Assembly (NCBI GenBank): GCA_017481725.1
Contig: JAFUOX010000043.1
Location: forward strand, 12,757-76,756
Length of the DNA stretch: 64,000 bases
Source: Kiritimatiellia bacterium
GTDB taxonomy: Bacteria; Verrucomicrobiota; Kiritimatiellia; RFP12; UBA3636
Direction of reading: 5' to 3'
The stretch's first letter is position 1; each line of letters starts with the position of its first letter. The notes under the pieces are model-generated. The model was not told the origin of the DNA, made no database searches, and saw only the letters and a program-made list of their open reading frames with translations. Below, piece after piece: positions 27,083 through 37,628 of this stretch. A program made the position numbers and the translations under genes.

Positions 27083-28498
27083 ATGAAATTTAACCTTTCG
27101 CGTAAGGCTCGTTGGGTGCTTATGGTTGTAATTGCAATTATTGTTTTTGCAATTGCTGCATTCTTCCAAAAGAGGTCTCGTGATTTACATGCATGGCCTG
27201 CTGCTTTAATAACAGGGGATTGCATAGGAGCAACACCTGCAGGGCTTTCTTTGATTTCTCATGCAGATACAAAAGAATTGCTTGCTACTAATAAGGCACA
27301 ATCTCCTAGACTAACTCAGGCGTATAGGCATTATTTAATTAATGGTTATGACCAGGAGTTTGTTGTTCCTTATGCAGCATCACGTGCACAGGAGCTTGCT
27401 CCAGTTCATGAAAAACTTACAGCTCTTCTAGATGAGAAGCCGGGTTTTGATGCTACAGAGTATGGTTCTGTTCCTTTTACAGAAGCATCACTTCTTTTAA
27501 TGGAATATCAGCTGCTAAAAAATATTCAAGCAGCAGGTCAGTTAGAGACTCATCCAACGCCAGAATTCCAAAGTGAAGCAATAAAGCTATGGATACAGCC
27601 ATTACATTACATGCACACATCACTCCGTGGAACAGGTGTGTTTGGGCGCGGCTTGGCTGCAGAAATTGCCCGTACTTTTAATGCAGAGGTTCGTATGGGT
27701 TCTGGTAAGCATGTTTTTACGTTTGATCAGGTTAAGGCATTTAATGCAGAGGTTCGTAAATATCTTAAAGCACCAGACTCTTTAGAGCAAGCAATCCGAG
27801 ATGATTATAAGGCTTTTTCTGGTGCTGCAAAAGCAATGTACGATCAAATGGCAGGTGCTCCAGCAAATGAGATTTATGGAGGCAAGCGTATTGGTGGAGT
27901 TACAGGACTTTATGTTAAAATGCTTGGTGGCTCTCCAGCTGTAACACAGCAGCATTTAGATGGCGTGTTCTCTTATTTGATTATTAATTCACGCAAGCCA
28001 TATACTCCATCAAGCATTCTTGAGGGATTGCCAGCTTGGTGTCATGGGCTTGAGAGTGGCCCATATACCATTGACCCGATTGCAGAGGCAATTGTTAGTG
28101 CCTATTTAAATCAAGCAAGAACAGTTGTTGCAATAGAATGTCATTATGAAACAGAGCTACGTGTTGCAATGCTTAGCTTTGCAATAAATGCGTATAAGCA
28201 TGCTAAGGGTGCATATCCAACTTCTTTAAAGGTGCTTGTTGAAGAGGGGCTTTTACATGCTGATGATCTTATAGATCCATTCTCATTAAATCGTGCAACG
28301 GAGCTTCAATATTGTTTAGATAATAATGGAGTAGATTGGCGAATTTATAGTGTTGGAGTAGATCAAAAGGATAATGGTGGTGTGCTACCAATTATTAAGG
28401 CTGATTCTAAAAATCAGCAAGAGCTAGAGCGATCAGACTTGGTCTATCAATCTGGTGAAAGAGAGAGAAGAATTAAGGCAGCATCAATGCCTCAATAA
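27083..28498 (+). CDS. hypothetical membrane-anchored protein with a pseudopilin-like C-terminal motif
   Basis: An N-terminal TM anchor (WVLMVVIAIIVFAIAAFF). The C-terminal AINAYKHAKGAYPTSLKVLVEEGLL..DPFS...YSVGVDQKDNGG resembles the GspG-type C-terminal pattern. Confidence 0.45.
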   Translation: MKFNLSRKARWVLMVVIAIIVFAIAAFFQKRSRDLHAWPAALITGDCIGATPAGLSLISHADTKELLATNKAQSPRLTQAYRHYLINGYDQEFVVPYAASRAQELAPVHEKLTALLDEKPGFDATEYGSVPFTEASLLLMEYQLLKNIQAAGQLETHPTPEFQSEAIKLWIQPLHYMHTSLRGTGVFGRGLAAEIARTFNAEVRMGSGKHVFTFDQVKAFNAEVRKYLKAPDSLEQAIRDDYKAFSGAAKAMYDQMAGAPANEIYGGKRIGGVTGLYVKMLGGSPAVTQQHLDGVFSYLIINSRKPYTPSSILEGLPAWCHGLESGPYTIDPIAEAIVSAYLNQARTVVAIECHYETELRVAMLSFAINAYKHAKGAYPTSLKVLVEEGLLHADDLIDPFSLNRATELQYCLDNNGVDWRIYSVGVDQKDNGGVLPIIKADSKNQQELERSDLVYQSGERERRIKAASMPQ

Positions 28499-28556
28499 AC
28501 ACTCTTGTGTAGAATAAAAGTAACAATAAAAAACAAAATAGAAAGAAAAGAACATT

Positions 28557-30236
28557 ATGTCAATGCTAGAAGAACCAGCAGGTAACGAAGGAATTAAAGC
28601 ACGTGTAAGTGCAATTAAAATTGTTGCACAATGGATGGAGACAGGAGATTTTCCTGATAGACAGCTTTCTTTTGTTGCACCGGTATGCCGTGGCTTTGCA
28701 ATGGATTTAGTTTATACAACACTTCGTAATGTGCGTTTATTGGATAGTATTGTATCGGAATATATTACACGCACACCAAATGATACAGTGATGGCAGCAA
28801 TACTTCTCGGTGCATGCCAAATTTTTAAGTTAGATAATATGGCAGAGCACGCTGCGGTACATGCCACAGTAGAGGCTCTTAAAAAGGCAGGCGAGCCAAA
28901 TTCTGCAGGTTTTGTAAATGCAGTTCTTCGCAATTTACTTAGAGCACGCGATGTAATAGAAATAAATATGAAGGTGCTACCATTGGCGATTCGTGAATCA
29001 CATCCCGATGAGCAGGTTGAGCGCTGGCTAAAGCGTTTTGGTGAGGAAAAGACAGAGACACTTTGCAAGTGGGATAATACTTCTGCAAATGTAACTGTAT
29101 GCACAGTTCCAGGAGGAGCAACAGTGGCAGAGCTTGTTGCTTCGTTTAATGAGGCGGGTGTTTTAGCAAAGCCATCAGAGGCTGCTCCTGACTATGCTGT
29201 TGTTGTGCCACATGGTTCACATGTAGAGCAGTTGCCTGGTTTTGAAGAGGGAGCATTTGCTGTGCAAGACCCTGCCACATTAGGTGCTGTTGAATTACTT
29301 GATGTTGCACCAGGAATGCGTGTGCTTGATGCTTGCTCTGCACCGGGAGGAAAGACTGTGCAGCTTGCTTTGCGCATGTGTGGAGATGGCTATGTGCTTG
29401 CTGGAGATTGTTGGGCTGATAGATTAGGACCTTTGCGTGAAAATCTAGCACGCTTTGGCTTGGAGTCTTTTGTTGAAGTGCGCCAGCTTGATGCTCGCCG
29501 CATTTCTATTTCAGATGTAGGCATGAGATTTGATAGAATTTTGCTTGATGTTCCTTGTAGTAATACTGGTGTACAACGCCGCAGAGCTGATGCTAAATGG
29601 CGTTTTACTCCTGATAGACTTAAGGAGCTCAATGATACGCAGTATGCAATTCTTTCAAATGCGGCAAAGCTTCTTCAGCCAGGAGGTAAGTTGGTTTATA
29701 GCACATGCTCATTAGAGAAGGAAGAGAATGATGATATTGTTCGCCGTTTCCTAAAGGAGCACCCAGAATTTACTCGCGGTGAGGTTCGCTTCTCTATGCC
29801 AGCAGTATCAGGTATGGATGGAGCTTATGCTGCATGCTTAATTTTAAATTCGGATTATAAATATCCAAAAACAAGTGGTAGAGAGCACTCTTCTCGTGAG
29901 CGTGGTTCGCAGTATGGAAAATCTGATAAAAAATTTTCTCCTAGCCGTCAGGGATTATCTGCTTCTCGTGATAAAGAACTCTCTCCAGATAGAAAGACAT
30001 TCTCTTCAGACAGAAAACAATTTTCTAAGGATAGAAAACCTTTCAATAAGGATGAATATAAGAAGGAGCAAGGAAATAATCGCAGCCACGAAAATATGAA
30101 AAAGTCTGGCAATGTAGAGAAGTCAGGCTCACGTAGTAAGCGCACTTTTGATCCTCGCCCACAGGCTGCTCCAATAACTGAAGCTGCACCAAAGACACAG
30201 AAGCAACGCCCAACAGTAGGAGATACAAGATGGTAA
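28557..30236 (+). CDS. rsmB: 16S rRNA (cytosine-C5)-methyltransferase RsmB/Sun family with a K/S/R-rich C-terminal extension
   Basis: A NusB-like N-domain, the SAM site DACSAPGGKT, catalytic Cys motifs DVPCSNTG and YSTCSL, and about 130 aa of low-complexity tail. Confidence 0.85.
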   Translation: MSMLEEPAGNEGIKARVSAIKIVAQWMETGDFPDRQLSFVAPVCRGFAMDLVYTTLRNVRLLDSIVSEYITRTPNDTVMAAILLGACQIFKLDNMAEHAAVHATVEALKKAGEPNSAGFVNAVLRNLLRARDVIEINMKVLPLAIRESHPDEQVERWLKRFGEEKTETLCKWDNTSANVTVCTVPGGATVAELVASFNEAGVLAKPSEAAPDYAVVVPHGSHVEQLPGFEEGAFAVQDPATLGAVELLDVAPGMRVLDACSAPGGKTVQLALRMCGDGYVLAGDCWADRLGPLRENLARFGLESFVEVRQLDARRISISDVGMRFDRILLDVPCSNTGVQRRRADAKWRFTPDRLKELNDTQYAILSNAAKLLQPGGKLVYSTCSLEKEENDDIVRRFLKEHPEFTRGEVRFSMPAVSGMDGAYAACLILNSDYKYPKTSGREHSSRERGSQYGKSDKKFSPSRQGLSASRDKELSPDRKTFSSDRKQFSKDRKPFNKDEYKKEQGNNRSHENMKKSGNVEKSGSRSKRTFDPRPQAAPITEAAPKTQKQRPTVGDTRW

Positions 30237-30859
30237 TGAAGCGATGGGCTGATACTTGTCTTGAGGCCTTTTGTCCAGAAACAAAAATTGCATTTTTGTT
30301 TTCTGAAATTTCCGATAGTGCAAATTTAATTGCTGCACGTTTAGGTTACTCCACACTAGAGTGTACAGTGTTGGGTTCCTTGTTCTCTGCTTTTTCAATT
30401 CTTGGATTGTCGCTTAATAGGGATGGATTAGATTCTGTTGAGGTTAAATGCTGCTCAAATGGTTTAATCGGCGGATATTTTGTTAGGGTTAATTCCAAAG
30501 GTGAAATTTGTGGTTATATTCACAATAAAATAGTATTGCCTAAAAATGTTTCTCAAAACATTCAAGATAGCAGTGATTTGGATATGATTTTTGGAAATAT
30601 TGGAAAAGTCGAAGTTGCTCGCTATACTGAGAAAGGCACACGGGCTGATGTTATCACAGCAAAAGATGTATCTCCTATGCCAGATTCAATTATTAAGGAT
30701 TGCATAGAGAAATATATGAAGCACGAAGTTGAAGCAATTGTAAAAATGAGAAATCCTGGAATGCATGATTTAAGTAATACAGTTGTTGTGATAAATTTAG
30801 GAATACCAGGAAGAAATAGGACTTTTAAAAATATTGTAAGAAAAGAAGGCATAGAATAA
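30230..30859 (+). CDS. hslO: Hsp33 (HslO) N-terminal chaperone-domain fragment, ending at an in-frame TAA
   Basis: LIAARLGYSTLECTVLGSLFSAFSILGLSL...VEVKCCSNGLIGGYFVRVNSKGEICGYI matches the Hsp33 N-domain pattern. Confidence 0.6.
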   Translation: MVMKRWADTCLEAFCPETKIAFLFSEISDSANLIAARLGYSTLECTVLGSLFSAFSILGLSLNRDGLDSVEVKCCSNGLIGGYFVRVNSKGEICGYIHNKIVLPKNVSQNIQDSSDLDMIFGNIGKVEVARYTEKGTRADVITAKDVSPMPDSIIKDCIEKYMKHEVEAIVKMRNPGMHDLSNTVVVINLGIPGRNRTFKNIVRKEGIE

Positions 30860-30871
30860 ATACAGGAATTA

Positions 30872-31144
30872 TTGTCTGTTTGCCCTTCTGTTATTGCATT
30901 TAGAGTAGAATTTGATTTGCCACTATTAATGTCAGGACCTAATTTGACAATACAGCCAGGTTGTATTTGCTCAGAAGAAAAGGTAAAAAAAGAATACGAG
31001 AAGGTCTCAGATGAGGAGTTTAAGCAGATTGCTCGCTTAGTAAATAAAAATTCTACAGAAGAGCTTTATTGCTATAAGTTTCGTTGTCATTGCTGTGGAG
31101 AGCTCTATACAATTGAGCGTAGATATTCAATAGAGCATCCATAG
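30872..31144 (+). CDS. hslO: Hsp33 (HslO) C-terminal zinc/redox-switch fragment, same frame as 30230..30859
   Basis: CICSEEK (CxC) and CHCCGELYTI (CxxC) form the Hsp33 four-Cys zinc centre. The ORF has only a TTG start, 12 nt after the TAA. Confidence 0.6.
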   Translation: MSVCPSVIAFRVEFDLPLLMSGPNLTIQPGCICSEEKVKKEYEKVSDEEFKQIARLVNKNSTEELYCYKFRCHCCGELYTIERRYSIEHP

Positions 31145-31158
31145 GGAAGGATTTGTTT

Positions 31159-32049
31159 ATGTTACAGCTACCACTTCATTTTTGGTTGTTTGCTGCAATT
31201 ACTGCAGCAGTTTTTGGTGCTTGTGTTGGGTCTTTTTTAAATGTATGCATATATCGCATTCCTTTAGATCAATCTGTTGTGACTCCACGTTCGCACTGTA
31301 TGAGCTGTGGCAAGCTTATACCTTGGTATCATAATTTGCCAGTATTGAGTTATTTTATTTGTCGAGGGAGATGTTTTAATTGTAAGGAGCCATTTAGCTT
31401 TAGGTATGCCTTTGTTGAGCTATTAACAGCATTGTTTTTTGTGCTTGTTGTGGCAGCATACCCACCGATTGGAGGAAAAACAATTCTGGGGATGACACAA
31501 ATAACCTTCCCTGCACTTGTTCCAATCTATTGGATATTTATTTCAGGTTTAATTGTTGCCACAGTTGTTGATTTTGATCATTTTATTATTCCAGATAGTG
31601 TTTCTATTGGTGGAAGTGTGGCTGGTATAGTATTTTCATTTATGGTGCCAGAGCTTCATGGGCAAAGTTTTTGGTGGCAGGGTGGTTTATATGGAATTTT
31701 AGGCTTTGCTGCGGGTTTTATACCTTTGCAGCTTTTGCGTTTGGGATTTACATGGTATTTTAGAAAACGTGGCAGAATCGAGAAGGATGAATATGCGATG
31801 GGTTTTGGTGATATAAAGCTCATGGGTGCTATAGGTGCATTTCTAGGTTATCAAGCTGCCGGCTTTACAATTTTGGCTGGTGCATTAGCTGGTACACTTG
31901 TTGCATTGCCACTATTATGTACAAAGAAACGTAAGCTACTTGATAGAATTCCATTTGGGCCATATTTGGCATTTGGAGCAATTATTTATTTATTTTGGGG
32001 AGCTTCAATTATTAATGCTTATTTAAGCCTTCTTATTGGGGTAAATTAG
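31159..32049 (+). CDS. A24-family prepilin peptidase / N-methyltransferase
   Basis: N-terminal Cys-rich CMSCGKLIPWYHNLPVLSYFICRGRCFNCKEPFSFRY, plus catalytic Asp contexts VVDFDHFIIPD and GFGDIKLMGAIGAFLG. An alternative TTG start lies at 31153. Confidence 0.85.
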   Translation: MLQLPLHFWLFAAITAAVFGACVGSFLNVCIYRIPLDQSVVTPRSHCMSCGKLIPWYHNLPVLSYFICRGRCFNCKEPFSFRYAFVELLTALFFVLVVAAYPPIGGKTILGMTQITFPALVPIYWIFISGLIVATVVDFDHFIIPDSVSIGGSVAGIVFSFMVPELHGQSFWWQGGLYGILGFAAGFIPLQLLRLGFTWYFRKRGRIEKDEYAMGFGDIKLMGAIGAFLGYQAAGFTILAGALAGTLVALPLLCTKKRKLLDRIPFGPYLAFGAIIYLFWGASIINAYLSLLIGVN

Positions 32050-32144
32050 ATGTTGGTTTATAATAAGTGAGTTATTCTTGTTTTGTTAGGAAATATTGGA
32101 GTATAATCTTATTAAATCAACTATAAATAATTTGTACATAATTT

Positions 32145-33524
32145 ATGGCACGTATTATGAATCAAATAAAAAATACAATGGACATGTGTAATGGTCCATT
32201 GTTTAAACAAATTCTTTTCTATTCGCTACCATTGCTAGGAACAGTGATTTTGCAGATTACCTTTGGTATGGCGGACATGATTGTTGTGGGAAGATATAGG
32301 GGTCCTGAGAGTGTTGGTGCTGTTGGTTCGACTTCCTCATTAATAATTCTTATATTAAATTTCTTTTTTGGGTTATCAGTTGGCACAAGTATCCTAGCAG
32401 CAAATTTCTTTGGTTCAAAAAATTTATCTTTATTACGTCGGCTTTCTTATACCTCCATAGCTGTAGGAATATGGGGTGGTATTTTTTTGGCAATATTAGG
32501 TCAAATTATTTCTGAACTGATATTATCTTGGATGGGAACGCCAAAAGAAAACCTTAGCAAGGCAGTGACGTATATGAGCATATATTTTCTATGTATGCCA
32601 GCGCTTATGGTGAATGTGTTTGGATCAGCACTTTTACGAGCTGTAGGAGACACAAAACGCCCACTTTATTTTTTGATATACTCTGGAATTGTTAATGTGG
32701 TATTAAATTTTATTTTAGTAGCATATTTTGGTTTAGATGTTGATGGTGTTGCGTGGGCTACCTCTGCATCGCAATGTATATCGGCAGTGCTTGTAATGCG
32801 AGCATTAATGGAGAGGGATGGAGTTTTCCTATTTAAATTTAAATTTTTAGGAATAGATTGGAAGCTTTTGAAGCGGATGCTTTCACTTGGAATTCCAGCA
32901 TGTATTCAATCAAGCTGTTTTAGTTTCTCTAATGTGCTGATGCAATCAGCAGTAAATAGTCTTGGTGCGATAGCTGTAAATGGTAATGGTATAGCACAAA
33001 ATCTCGAGGGACTTGTTTATACAGGTTCTGGTGCTTACCATAATACGACAGTAGCATTTGTGGCACAAAATGAAGGAGGAGGGAACAGGGCTCGTTCTAT
33101 TAGGAGTATTAAATATTGCATTTTACTTGGCTTTTTGGTACCAGAAATAATGGGCTTATTGTTTACAATATTTGGGCCAGAGGTTTCTTTGTTTTATGCA
33201 CCAGCAGCAAAAGAGGAAGAGGTTGCTGCATGTATGAGTAGAATACTTGTTACATTCCCGATATATGGTCTCTGCGGAATTATGGATGTTGTGTCCGGTG
33301 CCTTGCGTGGAGTGGGCTCAACAATTAGTAGTACCATTATAATGCTATTATCAGTATGTGCTATAAGAGTTTGTTGGGTATATTTTGTATTCCCATCTCA
33401 TTCTTCTATAAAAGAATTGATGATAAGCTATCCTATTACATGGACCTTGAGTATTATCATTTGTTCGATTTATTTGATATACAAATTAATAAAGTTAAGA
33501 GGGAAGAGCGTCTCTTTTGCATAA
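32145..33524 (+). CDS. MATE-family efflux transporter
   Basis: A 12-TM protein with typical MATE N-terminal FKQILFYSLPLLGTVILQ and LRAVGDTKRP motifs. Confidence 0.85.
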   Translation: MARIMNQIKNTMDMCNGPLFKQILFYSLPLLGTVILQITFGMADMIVVGRYRGPESVGAVGSTSSLIILILNFFFGLSVGTSILAANFFGSKNLSLLRRLSYTSIAVGIWGGIFLAILGQIISELILSWMGTPKENLSKAVTYMSIYFLCMPALMVNVFGSALLRAVGDTKRPLYFLIYSGIVNVVLNFILVAYFGLDVDGVAWATSASQCISAVLVMRALMERDGVFLFKFKFLGIDWKLLKRMLSLGIPACIQSSCFSFSNVLMQSAVNSLGAIAVNGNGIAQNLEGLVYTGSGAYHNTTVAFVAQNEGGGNRARSIRSIKYCILLGFLVPEIMGLLFTIFGPEVSLFYAPAAKEEEVAACMSRILVTFPIYGLCGIMDVVSGALRGVGSTISSTIIMLLSVCAIRVCWVYFVFPSHSSIKELMISYPITWTLSIIICSIYLIYKLIKLRGKSVSFA

Positions 33525-33587
33525 ATGTTTTTCCTGACAGTAGGAGAAATGGATAAATATAATCCTTTCGGTGGTTTAAAAAAATGC

Positions 33588-33616
33588 TTGGTGTTTTTAT
33601 ATCTAAATGATATAAT
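33588..33616 (+). promoter_or_regulatory. promoter candidate for infA (TTGGTG-17 nt-TATAAT)
   Basis: Hexamers and spacing read directly from the sequence, 40 nt upstream of the ATG. Confidence 0.4.
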
Positions 33617-33656
33617 AGCGGTGTTTTTAAAAAAGATAAGGAGCTATTAGTTTTAT

Positions 33657-33896
33657 ATGGCAAAGGATGATTCAATTGAAGTTACAGGTACAGTTGTAAA
33701 GGTTCTTCCAGCAACAATGTACAAAGTACGTTTAGATAACGGACATGAGGTATTGGCTCATATTTCTGGTAAAATGCGTAAATTCTTTATTAAGATTACC
33801 ACAGGTGACGTTGTAACACTTGAAATGTCTCCATATGATTTGGAAAAGGGGCGTATCATTTATCGTCACAAATCACCAACACCACCAGCACAATAA
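33657..33896 (+). CDS. infA: translation initiation factor IF-1
   Basis: [43 protein letters not shown]....[17 protein letters not shown]. Confidence 0.97.
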   Translation: MAKDDSIEVTGTVVKVLPATMYKVRLDNGHEVLAHISGKMRKFFIKITTGDVVTLEMSPYDLEKGRIIYRHKSPTPPAQ

Positions 33897-33905
33897 TTTG
33901 TTCAT

Positions 33906-33933
33906 AGAGCGTGCAAGATTTGCACGCTCTTTT
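33906..33933 (+). terminator. intrinsic terminator after infA
   Basis: An 11-bp perfect stem AGAGCGTGCAA / TTGCACGCTCT with a 3-nt loop, followed by TTT. Confidence 0.75.
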
Positions 33934-33975
33934 CATATATACGACAAATTAAACTGAAGAGCTAAAAGGAAATAC

Positions 33976-34776
33976 ATGAAGTCTGTTTTAATTACAGGAG
34001 CATCAAGCGGAATTGGTGAGGCTTTTGCCTTGAAGCTTGCCTCTATGGGTATAGAACAATTATTTATTTGCGGAACAAATTTAGAGAGGCTAAAGCAGGT
34101 TCAAGAGAAGTGTCTTTCTGCTGGTGCTAAGGCGGTGTCAATAAAGCAGTTAGATGTTGTAGATCGCAGCGCTGTGGCAGAGTGGGTTTTCGCTTGTAAT
34201 GCAGAATTTCCTCTTGATTTGGTTTATGCTAATGCAGGTGTGGCGACAGGCACAGAGTATGTTAATAGTAATGTATTTCGCACCTTTGATATCAATGTAG
34301 GTGGTGTGATAAATACAGTGCTTCCAGCAGTAGAATGTTTTTTTGCTCGTGAAAATGTTGACCCTGCCACAGGGTTAAAGGGTAAAATAGCGATAACAGC
34401 CTCAATTGCTGGCTATCACGGCCTACCACAATGTCCATCCTATAGTGCTTCAAAGTCTTGTGTAAAGGCTTGGGGTGCAGGGCTTAGGGGGATGCTTGCA
34501 CGTGATAAAATAGGCGTTAGTGTTATCTGTCCTGGTTTTGTTCGCTCAAGAATAACAGATGTTAATACATGCCCTATGCCATTTTTTATGGAAGCAGATG
34601 TGTGTGCTGAAAAAATTTATAAGGGGATTATGCGCAATAAGGGTATAATTGCATTTCCTTGGCAAATGCGCTTAGTTTCTTGGTTTATGGGGACTTTGCC
34701 AGAGTGGTTGAGTGGATGGATTTATAGTAAGCTTCCAGAAAAGAATGATACAACTAAAGCATTGCACAATCTCTAA
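33976..34776 (+). CDS. SDR-family oxidoreductase
   Basis: TGASSGIGEA cofactor motif and the catalytic YSASK. Confidence 0.8.
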   Translation: MKSVLITGASSGIGEAFALKLASMGIEQLFICGTNLERLKQVQEKCLSAGAKAVSIKQLDVVDRSAVAEWVFACNAEFPLDLVYANAGVATGTEYVNSNVFRTFDINVGGVINTVLPAVECFFARENVDPATGLKGKIAITASIAGYHGLPQCPSYSASKSCVKAWGAGLRGMLARDKIGVSVICPGFVRSRITDVNTCPMPFFMEADVCAEKIYKGIMRNKGIIAFPWQMRLVSWFMGTLPEWLSGWIYSKLPEKNDTTKALHNL

Positions 34777-35041
34777 GGCAAATTAAAATTAGGAGTCAAG
34801 TATTGGCATCTCTCGCCTCGGCATCACAGGGAGGCTTTTGCCTTCAAAAAGCTCTCAATCTCTCCACAGGTAGAGCATTTCTTTTTACTTTATTATTCTA
34901 ATTTTTTACATATAATTTACCATTTCTAGATAAAATTCACAAATAATTGATGTTTTTATTCAAAATTTGCTTTTTGTTCTTGCTTGTATTTTGCAATAAA
35001 TGTTAAAATTTGAACTAGTTGTTGTGGAATAGATTTGGTAA

Positions 35042-36091
<1,050 letters not shown>

Positions 36092-36205
36092 TTAGCTGAA
36101 CAAGAATTTTTATTTAAAATACTCGGTATTTCTAAATCATTTTGTATAACGACGCACACAGCCCTTGTTTAGTAATTTATTAGTATCGCTAACAAAGGTT
36201 ATGTA

Positions 36206-37111
36206 GTGAAGAGACAAAGATTTTTAGTGATTGGCTTGCTCGCAGTTTGCATTGCGTGTCTATGCTTTTATTTAATCACTATTCTTTTTAGAGCAATCAA
36301 TAAGGCGACCACAAAGGAGTTGCTTGCACCATATGAGCGTGTGGCAAATTCTGTTGCGTCAGATGCTGCAGACTCGGAAGAGAAGCGAGATCTTCGAATT
36401 GAGGTGCATGCTGCATTGCTAGAGAAGTTCCAGCGTGAGAATGCAGAGCTTCGCCGTCAGTTAGATATTGCTCAAACCTATAAACAGTTAATTTCTGCAC
36501 AGGTGATTTCACGTGGCGGAGATGGCTGGTGGAGGGTTGTTCGTTTAGATAGAGGAAGTAAGCATGGTATCAATGTTGATGCCACAGTGGTTGCTATCCC
36601 TAGTTACCTAGAGGATCCAGAATTTAGAGGCTGGGCAGAAACAAATAAGCTGCATATTGCACTTGTTGGTCGTGTAATTGCTACAACAGCAAATACATCA
36701 GATGTGCTTTTGCTTACAGATCCTAATAGTAAGGTGGCTTGCCGCATCCGTGAAAATAATTCTACTGCACGTGGAATTCTTTGTGGAATGGGTGTTCGAG
36801 CAAATTCATCAAATTTAGACTTCTTGAGCGTGGTAGAACCACTTAGCTTAGATTATATTTCAAAGAAGCAAACCCCAGAAAAAGGTATGCTTATTGAAAC
36901 AAGTGGGCTAGGAGGAGTTTTCCCTGCACGCATCCCCGTCGGCAAAATTATTGCTGTTGAGGAGGCGCCTTCCAATTTATATTTGAGTGCAAAAATTGCA
37001 CCATTTGTGGACTTTGCTACATTAGAGCATGTGATGATTATCGCTTCAGCAAAAGCAGCTCATGCAGCAGTTGGTCCACCAGAAAAGGTGGAGCCAGAAA
37101 ATGAGAAATAA
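36206..37111 (+). CDS. mreC: rod shape-determining protein MreC
   Basis: Position after mreB, an N-terminal TM anchor, a coiled coil (ENAELRRQL), and beta-barrel domains with TSGLGGVFPARIPVG. The start is a GTG. Confidence 0.8.
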   Translation: MKRQRFLVIGLLAVCIACLCFYLITILFRAINKATTKELLAPYERVANSVASDAADSEEKRDLRIEVHAALLEKFQRENAELRRQLDIAQTYKQLISAQVISRGGDGWWRVVRLDRGSKHGINVDATVVAIPSYLEDPEFRGWAETNKLHIALVGRVIATTANTSDVLLLTDPNSKVACRIRENNSTARGILCGMGVRANSSNLDFLSVVEPLSLDYISKKQTPEKGMLIETSGLGGVFPARIPVGKIIAVEEAPSNLYLSAKIAPFVDFATLEHVMIIASAKAAHAAVGPPEKVEPENEK

Positions 37112-37628
37112 TAATAATCGAATAGTTTTATCTCTCATATTGGCATTTACATTTTCTGCCTTTTTGCAGGATAGGCTTCCGCCTTTTTCTATGTATGCTA
37201 TTAAGGTGCCTTTTGTGTTGGCTCCATTTATCTATTATGTGTTTAGACATAAATTGGTGATTGGTATAATTGCAGCAATTTGTTGTTCAATTATGGGAGA
37301 TGGGCTTTCTATTAGTAGTGGAGTGGCATATCTTATTGTTAGCATTGGAACACTTTTCTTAAACCATTATGTTTTTAAAAAGCAGCTTCCTGATAATTCG
37401 ATTTCATGCGGGTTGATAGCTATTCCTTTAACTGTGTTGGTGTTGTTAATACAATATGCATCTATAGTTATATTTACTGAGAATGCATTTCATATTAGTT
37501 TTGTTTTGGTTAAGCTAATAATTACAGCTATTTTAACAGGCGTGGCAACAATAGCACTTTCTGAAGCATTTTACCGTTTTGAATTAATTGTTGGCAATAT
37601 AGAGGTGGCAGATGAAGAACTTGGTTGA
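37101..37628 (+). CDS. mreD: rod shape-determining protein MreD (small polytopic membrane protein)
   Basis: Position between mreC and mrdA, with about 5 TM segments. The ATG at 37101 overlaps the mreC end. The call is by synteny. Confidence 0.6.
   Translation: MRNNNNRIVLSLILAFTFSAFLQDRLPPFSMYAIKVPFVLAPFIYYVFRHKLVIGIIAAICCSIMGDGLSISSGVAYLIVSIGTLFLNHYVFKKQLPDNSISCGLIAIPLTVLVLLIQYASIVIFTENAFHISFVLVKLIITAILTGVATIALSEAFYRFELIVGNIEVADEELG

Noticed and set aside
33356-33675. 66-aa (+) and 72-aa (-) ORFs at the MATE 3' end and infA leader
   Set aside because: They overlap a well-supported transporter gene and the infA promoter region, and show no motifs.
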